From: Gammaproteobacteria bacterium
GTDB taxonomy: Bacteria; Pseudomonadota; Gammaproteobacteria; Eutrophobiales; Eutrophobiaceae
Assembly (NCBI GenBank): GCA_965215365.1
Contig: CBDCDS010000003.1
Coordinates: forward strand, 2,432,001-2,496,000
Length of the DNA stretch: 64,000 bases
Direction of reading: 5' to 3'
Part shown: piece by piece, positions 10,640-22,102 of the stretch
How the letters are laid out: the number at the start of each line of letters is the position of its first letter
Numbering within the stretch: the first letter of the stretch is position 1
Made by a program: the position numbers and the translations under genes
Notes under the pieces: model-generated
Databases searched by the model: none
Told to the model about the DNA's origin: nothing
The model's input: the letters and a program-made list of their open reading frames with translations, nothing else

Positions 10640-11771
10640 TGTCCAGGTTCAATACATATGAGACTCAGAGGCAGGCTGTGTGAGTTGTTGATAATACTCC
10701 ATTGGGGTTAATAAACCAATACCGTCATGCGGGCGGTAGGTATTGTAGTATTGCTGATACTCTGCCAGTTTGCGGTTGATGGCGGCCACGGTCAGTGGGC
10801 CCTCGTAGAACGGATAGAACTCATAGCGGCTGGTGGCATTGGCGCGTTCTACACAGCCGTTGTATTCGGGTTTTTTCGGGGGCAGCACGTACAGGGGGAT
10901 TCCTAAGTCCTGGCAAGCCTGCTCGAACTCATCTCGGAACTCCGAGCCGCCATCGACCTGGATAGAACGGATGGGAAACGGCGCCTCACCGAGCAGCGCT
11001 TTTAAGAAGCGCCGGGCATTGCCACTGGTGGCCCGACTGTAGGCTCGCAGCGCACTCCATTTGCTCACCGGACAGACGGCCTTGAACTCCTTCACCGTGA
11101 TGCCGTCCGTGAAGCCGACACTCATGTGGTCTATCTGCATCAACTCCCCTGGCGCCTTAGCCTTCATCCCGTAGCGCCAGCGCTTGGCATGATGGGTAAA
11201 CGCCCGGCGGCGCTTAGGCTTCACCCGGCCATAGTAAAACGCCACCGGCTTGACCCGACCCAGCCGCACCAGCTTCGCCACGATGCGCCCGACCGTACTC
11301 CCGCTCAAAGTCCAGCCCTGCTCGCGCACCCCCACCCGCCAGAGCTTACGCTTACCCCATAACGGATAACGTTGGCGAAGGTGCAAGACCTGCTGCTCGT
11401 GCTGGCGCGTCCATTGCGGCACACGCCGCCGCCGCGGCGCACGAGAGCCACACCCCAGACCCTTCAGCCCATGTTCACGATACCGCTTCAACCAACGGTA
11501 GTAGGTCGCCCTCGACCAACCTACTGCTGCCAGTGCCGTCGCCTCACCACACCCATCCTCGCGTAACGTCGCAACCAATTCCAACTGCTTCAAACGACCG
11601 CGCGCGTCAGCATCGGTAGTATCATCGACGCGCCAACTGCGATATGATTTCACCCGCAGGCTTTTGATCTGCATCGGGTAGTCCTCCTGTGTCAATTAGT
11701 TGAGATTAATTCACACACAGACTACCCGATTTCTTTATCTAAAGAGTCTCACTTGTTTCTGAACCCGGACA
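10640..11771 (-). mobile_element. IS481-family insertion sequence, copy 1 (1132 bp)
   Basis: TGT...ACA ends with imperfect IRs TGTCCAGGTTCAATACATATGAGACTC / TGTCCGGGTTCAGAAACAAGTGAGACTC; 5-bp direct repeat ACACA at 10635-10639 and 11772-11776. Confidence 0.92.
10649..11674 (-). CDS. IS481-family DDE transposase (HTH + rve core)
   Basis: SRATYYRW HTH, QIDH...IQVDGGSEF...NGCVERAN (DDE), YNTYRPH; ATG preceded by GGAGG. Confidence 0.92.
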   Translation of the reverse strand: MQIKSLRVKSYRSWRVDDTTDADARGRLKQLELVATLREDGCGEATALAAVGWSRATYYRWLKRYREHGLKGLGCGSRAPRRRRVPQWTRQHEQQVLHLRQRYPLWGKRKLWRVGVREQGWTLSGSTVGRIVAKLVRLGRVKPVAFYYGRVKPKRRRAFTHHAKRWRYGMKAKAPGELMQIDHMSVGFTDGITVKEFKAVCPVSKWSALRAYSRATSGNARRFLKALLGEAPFPIRSIQVDGGSEFRDEFEQACQDLGIPLYVLPPKKPEYNGCVERANATSRYEFYPFYEGPLTVAAINRKLAEYQQYYNTYRPHDGIGLLTPMEYYQQLTQPASESHMY

Positions 11772-11823
11772 ACACAAATCCGGGAATTGCACAAAGTCTA
11801 TGTGTGTGCGATTCTTCCCTGTC

Positions 11824-12876
11824 ATGTCAGGAACTGCTCACTCCGCACAAATCCGGGCGGTGCTGGCGGCTTACGCCCTTGAGCCGCTGCGGCTGCGACC
11901 GCTTGCGGCCGGATTGGTCAACAAAACCTACCAGGTCACGACCGCATCCGGCCATCATTACATATTGCAGGCCGTCAATGCGATGTTTCCGGCCGCGGTC
12001 AACCTGGATATTGATGTGGTTACCCGCCACCTGGAGCGGTCGGGTCTGCGCACCCCCAGGTTACAGCAAAACCGGTGGGGTGAATTGTATTACCGACATG
12101 ATAACCAGCTGTGGCGGCTGTTCAATCACATCAACGGCAACACCCATAAACGCCTGCGCCAGCCGGTGCTGGCCGCGGCCGCCGGGGCACTGTTGGGACG
12201 CGTGCACGCGTCTCTCAAACACCTTGAGTATGAGCTGCGCTCACCCAGACCGAATGCGCATAATACCCCGCGCTATATGCAACAGCTGCAACAAACCCTG
12301 GCGACGCGCGGCGCCCACCGCAACTATGCGCGCATCAAACCCCTGGGTGAGGCCATCCTCGAACGTTTACGCCAGACACCGGCACTGCCGGATACGGTCC
12401 CGCGGCTGCTGCACGGCGATCCCAAAATTTCCAACTTCATATTCAGCACTGATGACCGGGAAGCGCTGTGCATGGTCGATTTCGATACCCTGAACCGGGC
12501 GCCCGTTTACCTGGAACTGGGTGACGCACTGCGTTCCTGGTGCAATCCGTGCGGAGAGGATCACGCGCACAGCTGTTTTTCCATGGCGCATTGCCGCGCG
12601 GCGCTGACCGGCTATGCCCACCATGCCAAAACGCTGCTCACACCGGCGGAGTGGCGCGCGCTGCCGGCCGCGACCCTGGTCATCTGCCTGGAACTGGCTG
12701 CCCGTTTCTGTGCCGATGCCCTGAATGAAGATTATTTTTCCTGGGATCCGCAACGTTTCACCAGCCACAGCAAACACAGTGAAACCAGGGCGAAGAGCCA
12801 GTTCAACATGGCCGGCTCCCTGCTGGAACAGTACGATGAAATGACCGCTATGGTCATAAAAACAGCAGATTTGTGA
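11824..12876 (+). CDS. APH/choline-kinase-like phosphotransferase (N-acetylhexosamine kinase-like)
   Basis: GLVNKTY, LLHGDPKISN Brenner motif, VDFDT, LGDALRSWCN. Confidence 0.78.
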   Translation: MSGTAHSAQIRAVLAAYALEPLRLRPLAAGLVNKTYQVTTASGHHYILQAVNAMFPAAVNLDIDVVTRHLERSGLRTPRLQQNRWGELYYRHDNQLWRLFNHINGNTHKRLRQPVLAAAAGALLGRVHASLKHLEYELRSPRPNAHNTPRYMQQLQQTLATRGAHRNYARIKPLGEAILERLRQTPALPDTVPRLLHGDPKISNFIFSTDDREALCMVDFDTLNRAPVYLELGDALRSWCNPCGEDHAHSCFSMAHCRAALTGYAHHAKTLLTPAEWRALPAATLVICLELAARFCADALNEDYFSWDPQRFTSHSKHSETRAKSQFNMAGSLLEQYDEMTAMVIKTADL

Positions 12877-12877
12877 G

Positions 12878-12906
12878 TTGACACGTAATTTGCGCCTATT
12901 CACAAT
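12878..12906 (+). promoter_or_regulatory. Putative sigma70 promoter for the cyclase-Crp pair
   Basis: TTGACA-17 nt-CACAAT. Confidence 0.55.
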
Positions 12907-13127
12907 GCCGCGAAACAAGGGGGACTGCTTGCTTGGGGACTCTTGGACAGGAGCCTTCAGGCCACTTCTAAAACCAATAATGATGCTGTTGCTGATGGAA
13001 ATGCTAGGAGTATGCTACAAAAAAATGGAGCTGCCCGTATTGCATCCTGACAGACCGGCGCAACGCCGTAACCTGTTGCTGCGCCCGTAAACACGCGTTT
13101 ATTCCTGTTACCGATAATCCTGGCGCC

Positions 13128-14315
13128 ATGACCGCAACGGAATGCCCCCTGCCTCGCACCCCGGCCTGCCGGTCACACACGCCCACGCCTGCTCACTACC
13201 ATCACCCCGAACGTCGCTACCTGACCATACTGTTCTGCGATCTGGTCAACTCCACGCGTCTGGCCGCCAGCCTGGACCCGGAAGACCTGCTGCAACTGAT
13301 CCGGTTATACCGGCACCTGTGCACCGAAATTATCACTCATCATGGCGGTCGCATCGCCCATTTTGCCGGGGACGGCGTCATGATTTATTTTGGTTATCCC
13401 CGCACCCGTGAAGATGACACGGCGCGGGCAGTACGCGCGGCGCTGGATTTACTCAACACGCTTAATGCCTGTCACTGTGCCCCTGAGGGCGCATGCCGTA
13501 ACAGTATTTCTATACGCATAGGCATCGCCTCCGGCCTAGTGCTGCTCGATGCCGCCAACGCAACGGTTATCGGGGAAACACCGAATCTGGCCGCCAGACT
13601 CCAAACCGCGGCACAACCCGACACCATCGTCATCAGTGACGCGACCCGCAATCTGGTCAAGCACCTGTTCAGGCTGCAAAACGTCGGCAGGTATTCGCTG
13701 CGCGGCTACGAACAACCCATCAGGTTATGGCGGGTTATCAGCAATACCTGCACGCGCAGCCTCGCAACCGCGCCGGTCAACCTGTCCGAACCGCTGAGCC
13801 GTCCGGGCGCGGCGGCACTGATCCGACGCGTTGCCGGCAGCCGCCGTTTGCCGGCTCACATCACTCAGAAAATTATCATCAGGAGTGATGGCATCCCCCT
13901 GTTTCTGAAAGAATTGACCAAGGCGGCGCTACAGGTACCGGGCACCGGCGGCGCGCCGTTGCCGGCACCGGCGGGAGAACCTGCAATACCTGAAAAGGTC
14001 CGCTTCACGTTGATGGCCAAACTGGACCGGCAACCGCTTCAGGCTCGCCGCGCGGCACAGATTGGCGCAATCCTGGGACGCGAGTTCGGTTACGCACTGC
14101 TGGCGACACTGTGGCCGTACCCGCGCACGCAACTCGACCATGCACTGGAGCTGCTGTGCCGCGCCGAAGTGCTGGCGCAAACGGGAACGGGCAATGATGC
14201 CAACTATCGGTTCAAATGGGGCTTGATGCAGGAAGTGGTGTATCAGGGCACGTTAAAAGAGGTGCGACAAGAGTTGCACAGGCAGATAGACCGGCTCAGT
14301 ACAACTTCAGCTTAA
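13128..14315 (+). CDS. Class III adenylate/guanylate cyclase with remnant STAND-type C-terminal helical region
   Basis: ERRYLTILFCDLVNST, FAGDG, IRIGIASG, GETPNLAARLQ; then RSDGIPLFLKELTK, LMAKLDR, GAILGREF; no Walker A and no TPRs. Confidence 0.8.
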   Translation: MTATECPLPRTPACRSHTPTPAHYHHPERRYLTILFCDLVNSTRLAASLDPEDLLQLIRLYRHLCTEIITHHGGRIAHFAGDGVMIYFGYPRTREDDTARAVRAALDLLNTLNACHCAPEGACRNSISIRIGIASGLVLLDAANATVIGETPNLAARLQTAAQPDTIVISDATRNLVKHLFRLQNVGRYSLRGYEQPIRLWRVISNTCTRSLATAPVNLSEPLSRPGAAALIRRVAGSRRLPAHITQKIIIRSDGIPLFLKELTKAALQVPGTGGAPLPAPAGEPAIPEKVRFTLMAKLDRQPLQARRAAQIGAILGREFGYALLATLWPYPRTQLDHALELLCRAEVLAQTGTGNDANYRFKWGLMQEVVYQGTLKEVRQELHRQIDRLSTTSA

Positions 14316-14337
14316 AAGTTTACCGGAGGGGATACCA

Positions 14338-15072
14338 ATGACAAAAACAGCCGTTGAAATATCGGCAGGTTTGTTATCCGCAGTTGAAGTGTTTTATGAC
14401 CTTTCCAGCTATGATCGAAAGGTGATAGCAGAACGGTGTCGCGGGTTCCGGTTCGGATATGGGGATACCATCACCGCTTGTGACGACAGTTACAGCGACG
14501 TTTATTTTATCATCAGCGGCAAGGTGCGCATCACGTTTTATTCATCTGCAGGAAGGGAAATCTATTTTGGCGAACAACGAGCCGGTGGCATGTTCGGTGA
14601 AGTCGCGGCGGTGGACCGGCAACCCCGCTCCGCCTGTGTGGTCAGCGAGGACGAAACCATACTCGCAGCCATGACCGCCGATAACTTTTCCTGGATCATG
14701 CAGCTTTACCCCTCGATTATGACCCGTACCCTGATCCGTTTTGCCGGGCTGGTCAGGCACTTGTCGCAGCGTGTGGTTGAGTTCAGTTCCCTAGATGTCA
14801 GAAACCGACTGCATGCAGAGCTGTTGCGACTGGCCTGGGACAACCTGAACGGCGCCGACAACACTGCAACCATTTCGCCGGCGCCCAGACAACTGGAACT
14901 GGCCAGACGTATCAGCAGCCACCGCGAAGCCGTTTCGCGCGAGATGACGGAACTCACCTCAGCCGGCGTGATACGCAAAGGCCAGAACTGCCTGCGCATC
15001 AACGATGTTGATCGCCTGGAGAATATGGTGCATGAAACTGCGGTGAGGTATAAGGCCACCTCTAAAAATTAG
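14338..15072 (+). CDS. Crp/Fnr-family transcriptional regulator
   Basis: VYFIISGKVRI, FGEVAAVDRQPRSA cNMP pocket, ELARRISSHREAVSRE HTH; GGAGG RBS. Confidence 0.9.
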   Translation: MTKTAVEISAGLLSAVEVFYDLSSYDRKVIAERCRGFRFGYGDTITACDDSYSDVYFIISGKVRITFYSSAGREIYFGEQRAGGMFGEVAAVDRQPRSACVVSEDETILAAMTADNFSWIMQLYPSIMTRTLIRFAGLVRHLSQRVVEFSSLDVRNRLHAELLRLAWDNLNGADNTATISPAPRQLELARRISSHREAVSREMTELTSAGVIRKGQNCLRINDVDRLENMVHETAVRYKATSKN

Positions 15073-15079
15073 GTTCCCT

Positions 15080-16351
15080 TTAGCGAAACGGCGCCGGCAG
15101 CGATTTTTCCCCGGCATAGTACGGGCGCCAGAACTTGATCGCCAGGGGCACCGCCACGTTCAACCAAAAGATGGTGAACATCAGTGTGTAGAAGACTTCC
15201 TCGGTAAAGATGCCGTGTTGCGTATAGGCAATGTTGATGACCACAAACGCCAGTTCTGCCCGACCCAGCATACCCAACCCGATCATGGTGGCATCCGGCC
15301 AGTTGAAACCACCGGTATAACGCGCCGCCAGGGAGGCAGCAAGTATCTGGGCCACCGCCACACAGCCAAGCAGGATCAGGGTTTCCTCCAGCACTGTGGT
15401 AAAAATTGCCGGATCGAAGATAAGTTGCGCGCCGAGGTTGACAAAAAAGATGGGGCCAATCCAGGAGAAAGCCACGTCGTCGATGATCCTGCGGGTGTCT
15501 CGATACAGCGTGCGCTGATTTTCCTTTTTGCCGAAATGAAAATATTCCTCCCTGATGATCAGGCCCGCCATGTAAGCACCGATGGCTGCGTGCAATCCCA
15601 GCTGATGGGCCAGCAGGCTGATGGAAACGGCGACCAGTAAAATAACCAGGGTGGCTTTGCTGCCGTCATCTATGGCAAGCAGGTTGACCATCCCGAACCG
15701 TTGCAATACAGGGTAACGAGACAACAACCCCTGCTCGGCACTGTGCGGCATGAACCAGACCGCAATAATGATGACCAGGATAAAAAATAACAGCGCGCGC
15801 AGTAATGTCATCCCGATCCCGGCGGCGGACAGGTCACCCGGGCCGGTGGCGAGGGGTATCACCACCGCAACCAGCGCCAGGGAGACGAAGCTGTCTATTA
15901 CCGCCGCCGTCATGATGCCACTGGCGGCGCCGGACCGGTGCAGGTTTTCGCTGCGCAACGAAACCATGGTCAGGGATACCGCCGTGGCGGTCATGGTCAG
16001 GCCGCACAGCAAGGCAATTTTGTCATCTCCCCAGAAATACTGCGCGCAGGACCAGGCCGCGAGGCCCGGCGCCAGCGCCCCGAACAGGGCAATCCCCCAA
16101 CTGCGTCTGGCGCTACGCAGAAAATGCCCGGGGTTGGATTCAAACCCCAGCGCGAACATGATCAGGATCAGACCCACCTCAGACAAGCCCTGTATAAAAG
16201 GCGAGCTGTCGCTGGGCAGCCAGCCCAGATTAGCCATGAGGCAACCGGCGGCCAGGAAATACAGCACCGAGGTCAGCCTGGTCTTCGCCGCCAGCCAGGA
16301 AGCGATAAATACGCTGGCCCAGATCAGAGCCAGTTCTTGCAGGTCATGCAT
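15080..16351 (-). CDS. Cation:proton antiporter (CPA2-like)
   Basis: Many TMs, TATAVSLT, AAVID, GAYMAGL, GLGMLGRAELAFVV. Confidence 0.85.
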   Translation of the reverse strand: MHDLQELALIWASVFIASWLAAKTRLTSVLYFLAAGCLMANLGWLPSDSSPFIQGLSEVGLILIMFALGFESNPGHFLRSARRSWGIALFGALAPGLAAWSCAQYFWGDDKIALLCGLTMTATAVSLTMVSLRSENLHRSGAASGIMTAAVIDSFVSLALVAVVIPLATGPGDLSAAGIGMTLLRALLFFILVIIIAVWFMPHSAEQGLLSRYPVLQRFGMVNLLAIDDGSKATLVILLVAVSISLLAHQLGLHAAIGAYMAGLIIREEYFHFGKKENQRTLYRDTRRIIDDVAFSWIGPIFFVNLGAQLIFDPAIFTTVLEETLILLGCVAVAQILAASLAARYTGGFNWPDATMIGLGMLGRAELAFVVINIAYTQHGIFTEEVFYTLMFTIFWLNVAVPLAIKFWRPYYAGEKSLPAPFR

Positions 16352-16463
16352 AGTCAGAGGTTTTTTGGGGACGTTGTGTGGTGCGTCTGTCAGTCTTCCC
16401 GAATAGTATCATCATCGGCGAGACAATGCTGCTGGAACAGGATGGAAAAGATCGGTACCATAA

Positions 16464-16614
16464 GGGTGCCTCTATTAATTAGAGGCACCCGTGCTGCACA
16501 GGGATGTGCTGCCATTTTTAATCACGTAAGTGATTGAAAATGAAGGAAATGAAAAATCACACTTTTTCATTTCCGTCTCTAAAAATACCACGGAGGGTAT
16601 TTTTAGAGGTTCCC
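16464..16614. repeat. MITE-like element with tandem hairpins
   Basis: GGGTGCCTCTA-ttaat-TAGAGGCACCC, GCACAGGGATGTGC, AATCAC-gtaa-GTGATT, GGAAATGAAAAA-6-TTTTTCATTTCC, TCTAAAAATACC-6-GGTATTTTTAGA; right end matches the 45495 and 50276 elements. Confidence 0.7.
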
Positions 16615-16618
16615 ATAA

Positions 16619-17758
<1,140 letters not shown>

Positions 17759-17826
17759 GGCACCGGGTTGGCAAATCACCCCTTCGCCGCCCTTCAGGCT
17801 CATTTCATGTTGGAAAATTCTTCGCC

Positions 17827-18958
17827 TGTCCGGGTTCAGAAACAAGTGAGACTCTTTAGATAAAGAAATCGGGTAGTCTGTGTGTGAATTAATCTCAACT
17901 AATTGACACAGGAGGACTACCCGATGCAGATCAAAAGCCTGCGGGTGAAATCATATCGCAGTTGGCGCGTCGATGATACTACCGATGCTGACGCGCGCGG
18001 TCGTTTGAAGCAGTTGGAATTGGTTGCGACGTTACGCGAGGATGGGTGTGGTGAGGCGACGGCACTGGCAGCAGTAGGTTGGTCGAGGGCGACCTACTAC
18101 CGTTGGTTGAAGCGGTATCGTGAACATGGGCTGAAGGGTCTGGGGTGTGGCTCTCGTGCGCCGCGGCGGCGGCGTGTGCCGCAATGGACGCGCCAGCACG
18201 AGCAGCAGGTCTTGCACCTTCGCCAACGTTATCCGTTATGGGGTAAGCGTAAGCTCTGGCGGGTGGGGGTGCGCGAGCAGGGCTGGACTTTGAGCGAGAG
18301 TACGGTCGGGCGCATCGTGGCGAAGCTGGTGCGGCTGGGTCGGGTCAAGCCGGTGGCGTTTTACTATGGCCGGGTGAAGCCTAAGCGCCGCCGGGCGTTT
18401 ACCCATCATGCCAAGCGCTGGCGCTACGGGATGAAGGCTAAGGCGCCAGGGGAGTTGATGCAGATAGACCACATGAGTGTCGGCTTCACGGACGGCATCA
18501 CGGTGAAGGAGTTCAAGGCCGTCTGTCCGGTGAGCAAATGGAGTGCGCTGCGAGCCTACAGTCGGGCCACCAGTGGCAATGCCCGGCGCTTCTTAAAAGC
18601 GCTGCTCGGTGAGGCGCCGTTTCCCATCCGTTCTATCCAGGTCGATGGCGGCTCGGAGTTCCGAGATGAGTTCGAGCAGGCTTGCCAGGACTTAGGAATC
18701 CCCCTGTACGTGCTGCCCCCGAAAAAACCCGAATACAACGGCTGTGTAGAACGCGCCAATGCCACCAGCCGCTATGAGTTCTATCCGTTCTACGAGGGCC
18801 CACTGACCGTGGCCGCCATCAACCGCAAACTGGCAGAGTATCAGCAATACTACAATACCTACCGCCCGCATGACGGTATTGGTTTATTAACCCCAATGGA
18901 GTATTATCAACAACTCACACAGCCTGCCTCTGAGTCTCATATGTATTGAACCTGGACA
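17827..18958 (+). mobile_element. IS481-family insertion sequence, copy 2 (1132 bp)
   Basis: Reverse complement of copy 1 with one difference noticed (LSGST vs LSEST); flanks TTCGCC / ATCGCC (5 of 6 match). Confidence 0.92.
17924..18949 (+). CDS. IS481-family DDE transposase
   Basis: Same protein as 10649-11674 apart from one residue; GGAGG RBS at 17911. Confidence 0.92.
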   Translation: MQIKSLRVKSYRSWRVDDTTDADARGRLKQLELVATLREDGCGEATALAAVGWSRATYYRWLKRYREHGLKGLGCGSRAPRRRRVPQWTRQHEQQVLHLRQRYPLWGKRKLWRVGVREQGWTLSESTVGRIVAKLVRLGRVKPVAFYYGRVKPKRRRAFTHHAKRWRYGMKAKAPGELMQIDHMSVGFTDGITVKEFKAVCPVSKWSALRAYSRATSGNARRFLKALLGEAPFPIRSIQVDGGSEFRDEFEQACQDLGIPLYVLPPKKPEYNGCVERANATSRYEFYPFYEGPLTVAAINRKLAEYQQYYNTYRPHDGIGLLTPMEYYQQLTQPASESHMY

Positions 18959-19025
18959 ATCGCCTTGACAGTAACTATTAAAATAGTACATACTTAACAT
19001 GTAATAACTCTTTGAGGAGTAAGCC

Positions 19026-19136
19026 ATGTCAAAATATGCGCCCTTAACCGGTTATCTGTCCTCCTCCGGGATGGATTACATTCCCATTACGCAAGATCCG
19101 GCCAGCTGCGAGCACTGGCATGTTAGCTTGAACTGA
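19026..19136 (+). pseudogene. Truncated small protein beginning MSKYAPLTGYL
   Basis: GAGGAG RBS; N-terminus resembles the widespread MSKYxPL small-protein family (recalled as DUF7662, unverified); ends after 36 aa. Confidence 0.4.
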
Positions 19137-19347
19137 TAGCAAGCTGTAATTCCCTCCGCCATCAGTGAAACCGCTCGGCGCCTCTAAAAAGTCATGGGGT
19201 TAAGTCACTCCACTACCCCCTACGAGCTCAAACAGCCGGTCGCTGAGAACGCCGATATAGGGCAATTGTAGTGCCTACGGGTCAGCGCGCCTTAAATAAA
19301 ATCAATCAGTTAGAGAAATAAACCGTCGAAGTCAGGGAATAACCGAG

Positions 19348-20670
19348 CTACTGGCTGGGCGCCTGATCAAACTGTTCCTCTTCCGTGGAACCTGTCAGCG
19401 CCGTGACTGAAGAGCGGCCACCCTGGATCACGGTGGTGACGTCGTCGAAATACCCCGCGCCCACTTCCTGCTGGTGTGAGGCAAAGGTGTAGCCTCGTTT
19501 CGCCGCGGCAAATTCGGGTTCCTGGATCATCTCCACATAGGCGGTCATGCCGCGTTGCACATAGTTTTGCGCCAGATCGAACATGTGGTACCACATGTTA
19601 TGAATGCCCGCCAGGGTGATGAACTGGTATTTGTATCCCATCGCGCCCAGTTCACGCTGGAACTTGGAAATGGTAATGTCGTCCAGATTCTTCTTCCAGT
19701 TGAACGAGGGCGAGCAGTTATAGGCCAGCAGTTGACCCGGATACTCGGCGCGGATGGCTTCGGCAAAGCGTTTTGCCTCGTCCAGGTCCGGCACTGCGGT
19801 CTCGCACCAGAGCAGGTCTGCATAGGGTGCATAAGCCAGCCCGCGGGCAATGGCCTGATCCAGGCCGGCGTGAGTCACGTAAAACCCTTCAGCAGTGCGC
19901 TCACCGGTGATGAACGGGTGATCGCGCGCGTCCACATCGGAGGTCAGCAAGGCCGCGGCATTGGCGTCGGTGCGCGCCAAAACGATGGTCGGCACCCCCA
20001 TGACGTCCGCCGCCAACCGGGCCGCCGACAGCTTGTGCACAGCCTCCTGGGTGGGCACCAGCACTTTCCCGCCCATGTGTCCGCACTTCTTCACGGAGGC
20101 CAACTGATCTTCGAAATGCACGCCTGCAGCGCCGGCCTCGATCATACCTTTCATCAGTTCAAACGCGTTCAACACGCCGCCAAACCCGGCCTCGGCATCG
20201 GCTACGATGGGCGCAAAGTAATCGACATTACCCTCGCCCCGGGCACACTGGATCTCATCGGCGCGTTTGAAGGCGTTGTTGATGCGTCTTACCACGGTAG
20301 GCACCGAGTCGACCGCATACAATGATTGATCAGGATACATGGTCTCGGAGGTGTTGCCATCCGCCGCCACCTGCCAACCGGACAGATAGATGGCCTTCAC
20401 CCCGGCCTTCACCTGTTGCACGGCCTGACCACCGGTCACCGCGCCCAGGCTGTTGATATAGTCTTCCTCGTTGACCAGCTGCCACAACTTCTCGGCGCCA
20501 CGCCGCGCCAGGGTATGCTCAATTTGTACCGACCCGCGCAACCTCACCACATCGGCCCCGCGATAGTCTCTGCTGACATGGTTCCAACGCGGGTTTTCCG
20601 CCCAGTCCCGTTCGATCTGTATTGCATTATCAGCCATTTTTTGCCCATGTCCTGTTGGTAAATTCGCCAT
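19348..20670 (-). CDS. aceA: Isocitrate lyase
   Basis: [11 protein letters not shown] signature, [22 protein letters not shown]; start set at the ATG with GGAGAG RBS. Confidence 0.96.
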   Translation of the reverse strand: MANLPTGHGQKMADNAIQIERDWAENPRWNHVSRDYRGADVVRLRGSVQIEHTLARRGAEKLWQLVNEEDYINSLGAVTGGQAVQQVKAGVKAIYLSGWQVAADGNTSETMYPDQSLYAVDSVPTVVRRINNAFKRADEIQCARGEGNVDYFAPIVADAEAGFGGVLNAFELMKGMIEAGAAGVHFEDQLASVKKCGHMGGKVLVPTQEAVHKLSAARLAADVMGVPTIVLARTDANAAALLTSDVDARDHPFITGERTAEGFYVTHAGLDQAIARGLAYAPYADLLWCETAVPDLDEAKRFAEAIRAEYPGQLLAYNCSPSFNWKKNLDDITISKFQRELGAMGYKYQFITLAGIHNMWYHMFDLAQNYVQRGMTAYVEMIQEPEFAAAKRGYTFASHQQEVGAGYFDDVTTVIQGGRSSVTALTGSTEEEQFDQAPSQ

Positions 20671-20772
20671 TTTACTCTCCGTTTTGTTGCTTTGCAATAT
20701 CAAATTCCGCATGGTTATGCAAATCCATAGTTCAACCTTGGTTTTACATAATAATGAGTTATACTGGCGCGT

Positions 20773-21948
20773 ATGATCCCTAGGCAAGTAGCTGCTTTTA
20801 TCCTGGATGCTTTTCGCAAGTATCCGGTTGTCACCGTGACCGGGCCGCGTCAGTCCGGTAAAACCACCTTGTGCCGGCATATCTTTGCCTCGCTGCCATA
20901 CATCAACTTGGAGGCGCCGGACCAACGGCAGTTTGCACAACAGGACCCGCGTGACTTTTTGTCGGGTTTCCCGGCTGGCGCCATTATTGATGAGGTACAG
21001 CGAGTGCCAGAGCTGACATCTTACCTTCAGGTGTTGGTGGATGAGCGCGGGCGCGCCGGGCAGTACGTGTTGACCGGCAGCAGTGACTTCAGCCTGCGTG
21101 CCGCCACCAGTCAGTCACTGGCCGGGCGTACCGCTCTGTTTACGCTGTTGCCACTCAGCCTGACCGAGTTATCTGCCGGTGGCGCTGATAAGGCTGATCT
21201 CAACGAGGTATTGTTACACGGCGGCTACCCGCGTATTTATGATCGGGAACTGATACCGGCCGCGTTCTACCGGGACTATATCGGCACTTACGTGGAACGG
21301 GATTTGAGACAACTGAGCATGATTAAAGATTTGGCTCAATTTCAAACCTTCATGCAGCTTTGTGCCGGCAACGTGGGCCGTATATTGAACCTGCAACGGT
21401 TGGGTTCTGATTGTGGCATCAGCCAGACCACTGCCAGGGAATGGCTGAACCTGCTGGAAGCCAGCTATGTGGTATTCCGCTTGCATCCCTTTCATGCCAA
21501 CACCCGCAAACGCCTGGTCAAGAGCCCCAAGCTTTATTTCTACGACGTTGGCGTGGCTGCGTTTCTGCTCGGTATTTCGGCGCCGGGACACCTGCAGGCG
21601 CATCCCCTGCGTGGTGAACTGTTTGAAAACCTGATAGTGACTGAAATCATTAAAACTGTCTTCAACCACAACCAACGCCCGCAGGTATGCTTTTACCGCG
21701 ACAGTAACGGCAACGAGGTGGACTTGCTGTTACAATCCGGCGCCGGCTGGCTGCCCATAGAGATCAAGGCCGGCAAAACTGTTAACCGGGATTATTTCAA
21801 GGGGTTTCACCACCTTGATAACAAGGTAACCATGCCCGCCGGCAAACTGCTCGTCTATGGCGGTGAGGCGTTGCTTGCGCGCAGGGACGTAAAAATTGCC
21901 ACTGCTTATCAGGTTGCCGGGCACGTCACTCGATTTCTGGACGGATAA
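20773..21948 (+). CDS. AAA_14 ATPase with C-terminal DUF4143 domain
   Basis: [10 protein letters not shown] Walker A, IIDEVQ Walker [25 protein letters not shown]...EVD...IEIK. Confidence 0.9.
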   Translation: MIPRQVAAFILDAFRKYPVVTVTGPRQSGKTTLCRHIFASLPYINLEAPDQRQFAQQDPRDFLSGFPAGAIIDEVQRVPELTSYLQVLVDERGRAGQYVLTGSSDFSLRAATSQSLAGRTALFTLLPLSLTELSAGGADKADLNEVLLHGGYPRIYDRELIPAAFYRDYIGTYVERDLRQLSMIKDLAQFQTFMQLCAGNVGRILNLQRLGSDCGISQTTAREWLNLLEASYVVFRLHPFHANTRKRLVKSPKLYFYDVGVAAFLLGISAPGHLQAHPLRGELFENLIVTEIIKTVFNHNQRPQVCFYRDSNGNEVDLLLQSGAGWLPIEIKAGKTVNRDYFKGFHHLDNKVTMPAGKLLVYGGEALLARRDVKIATAYQVAGHVTRFLDG

Positions 21949-22032
21949 TCCAGCGCCACTATTTTCTCCATCAGCCAAGGCGCCACGCCTGCCGTTGGCT
22001 GTACATATCGGCTACCGGCTTGATTGTGCAAC

Positions 22033-22048
22033 TGGCACAAAAATTGCT
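22033..22048 (+). promoter_or_regulatory. Sigma54 (-24/-12) promoter of the urease operon
   Basis: TGGCAC-AAAAA-TTGCT, consensus match about 100 bp upstream of ureD. Confidence 0.7.
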
Positions 22049-22085
22049 GATTAACTGCTCTGCTTATTGAACGGTTATACGAGGT

Positions 22086-22102
22086 CGCGCTAAATTGGTG
22101 CA
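22086..22102. promoter_or_regulatory. Putative NtrC-type site
   Basis: CGCGCTAAATTGGTGCA resembles TGCACC-N5-GGTGCA. Confidence 0.4.

Noticed and set aside
20671-20940. N-terminal extension of isocitrate lyase (530-aa ORF)
   Set aside because: Overlaps the divergent ATPase gene; the RBS and homology support a start at 20670
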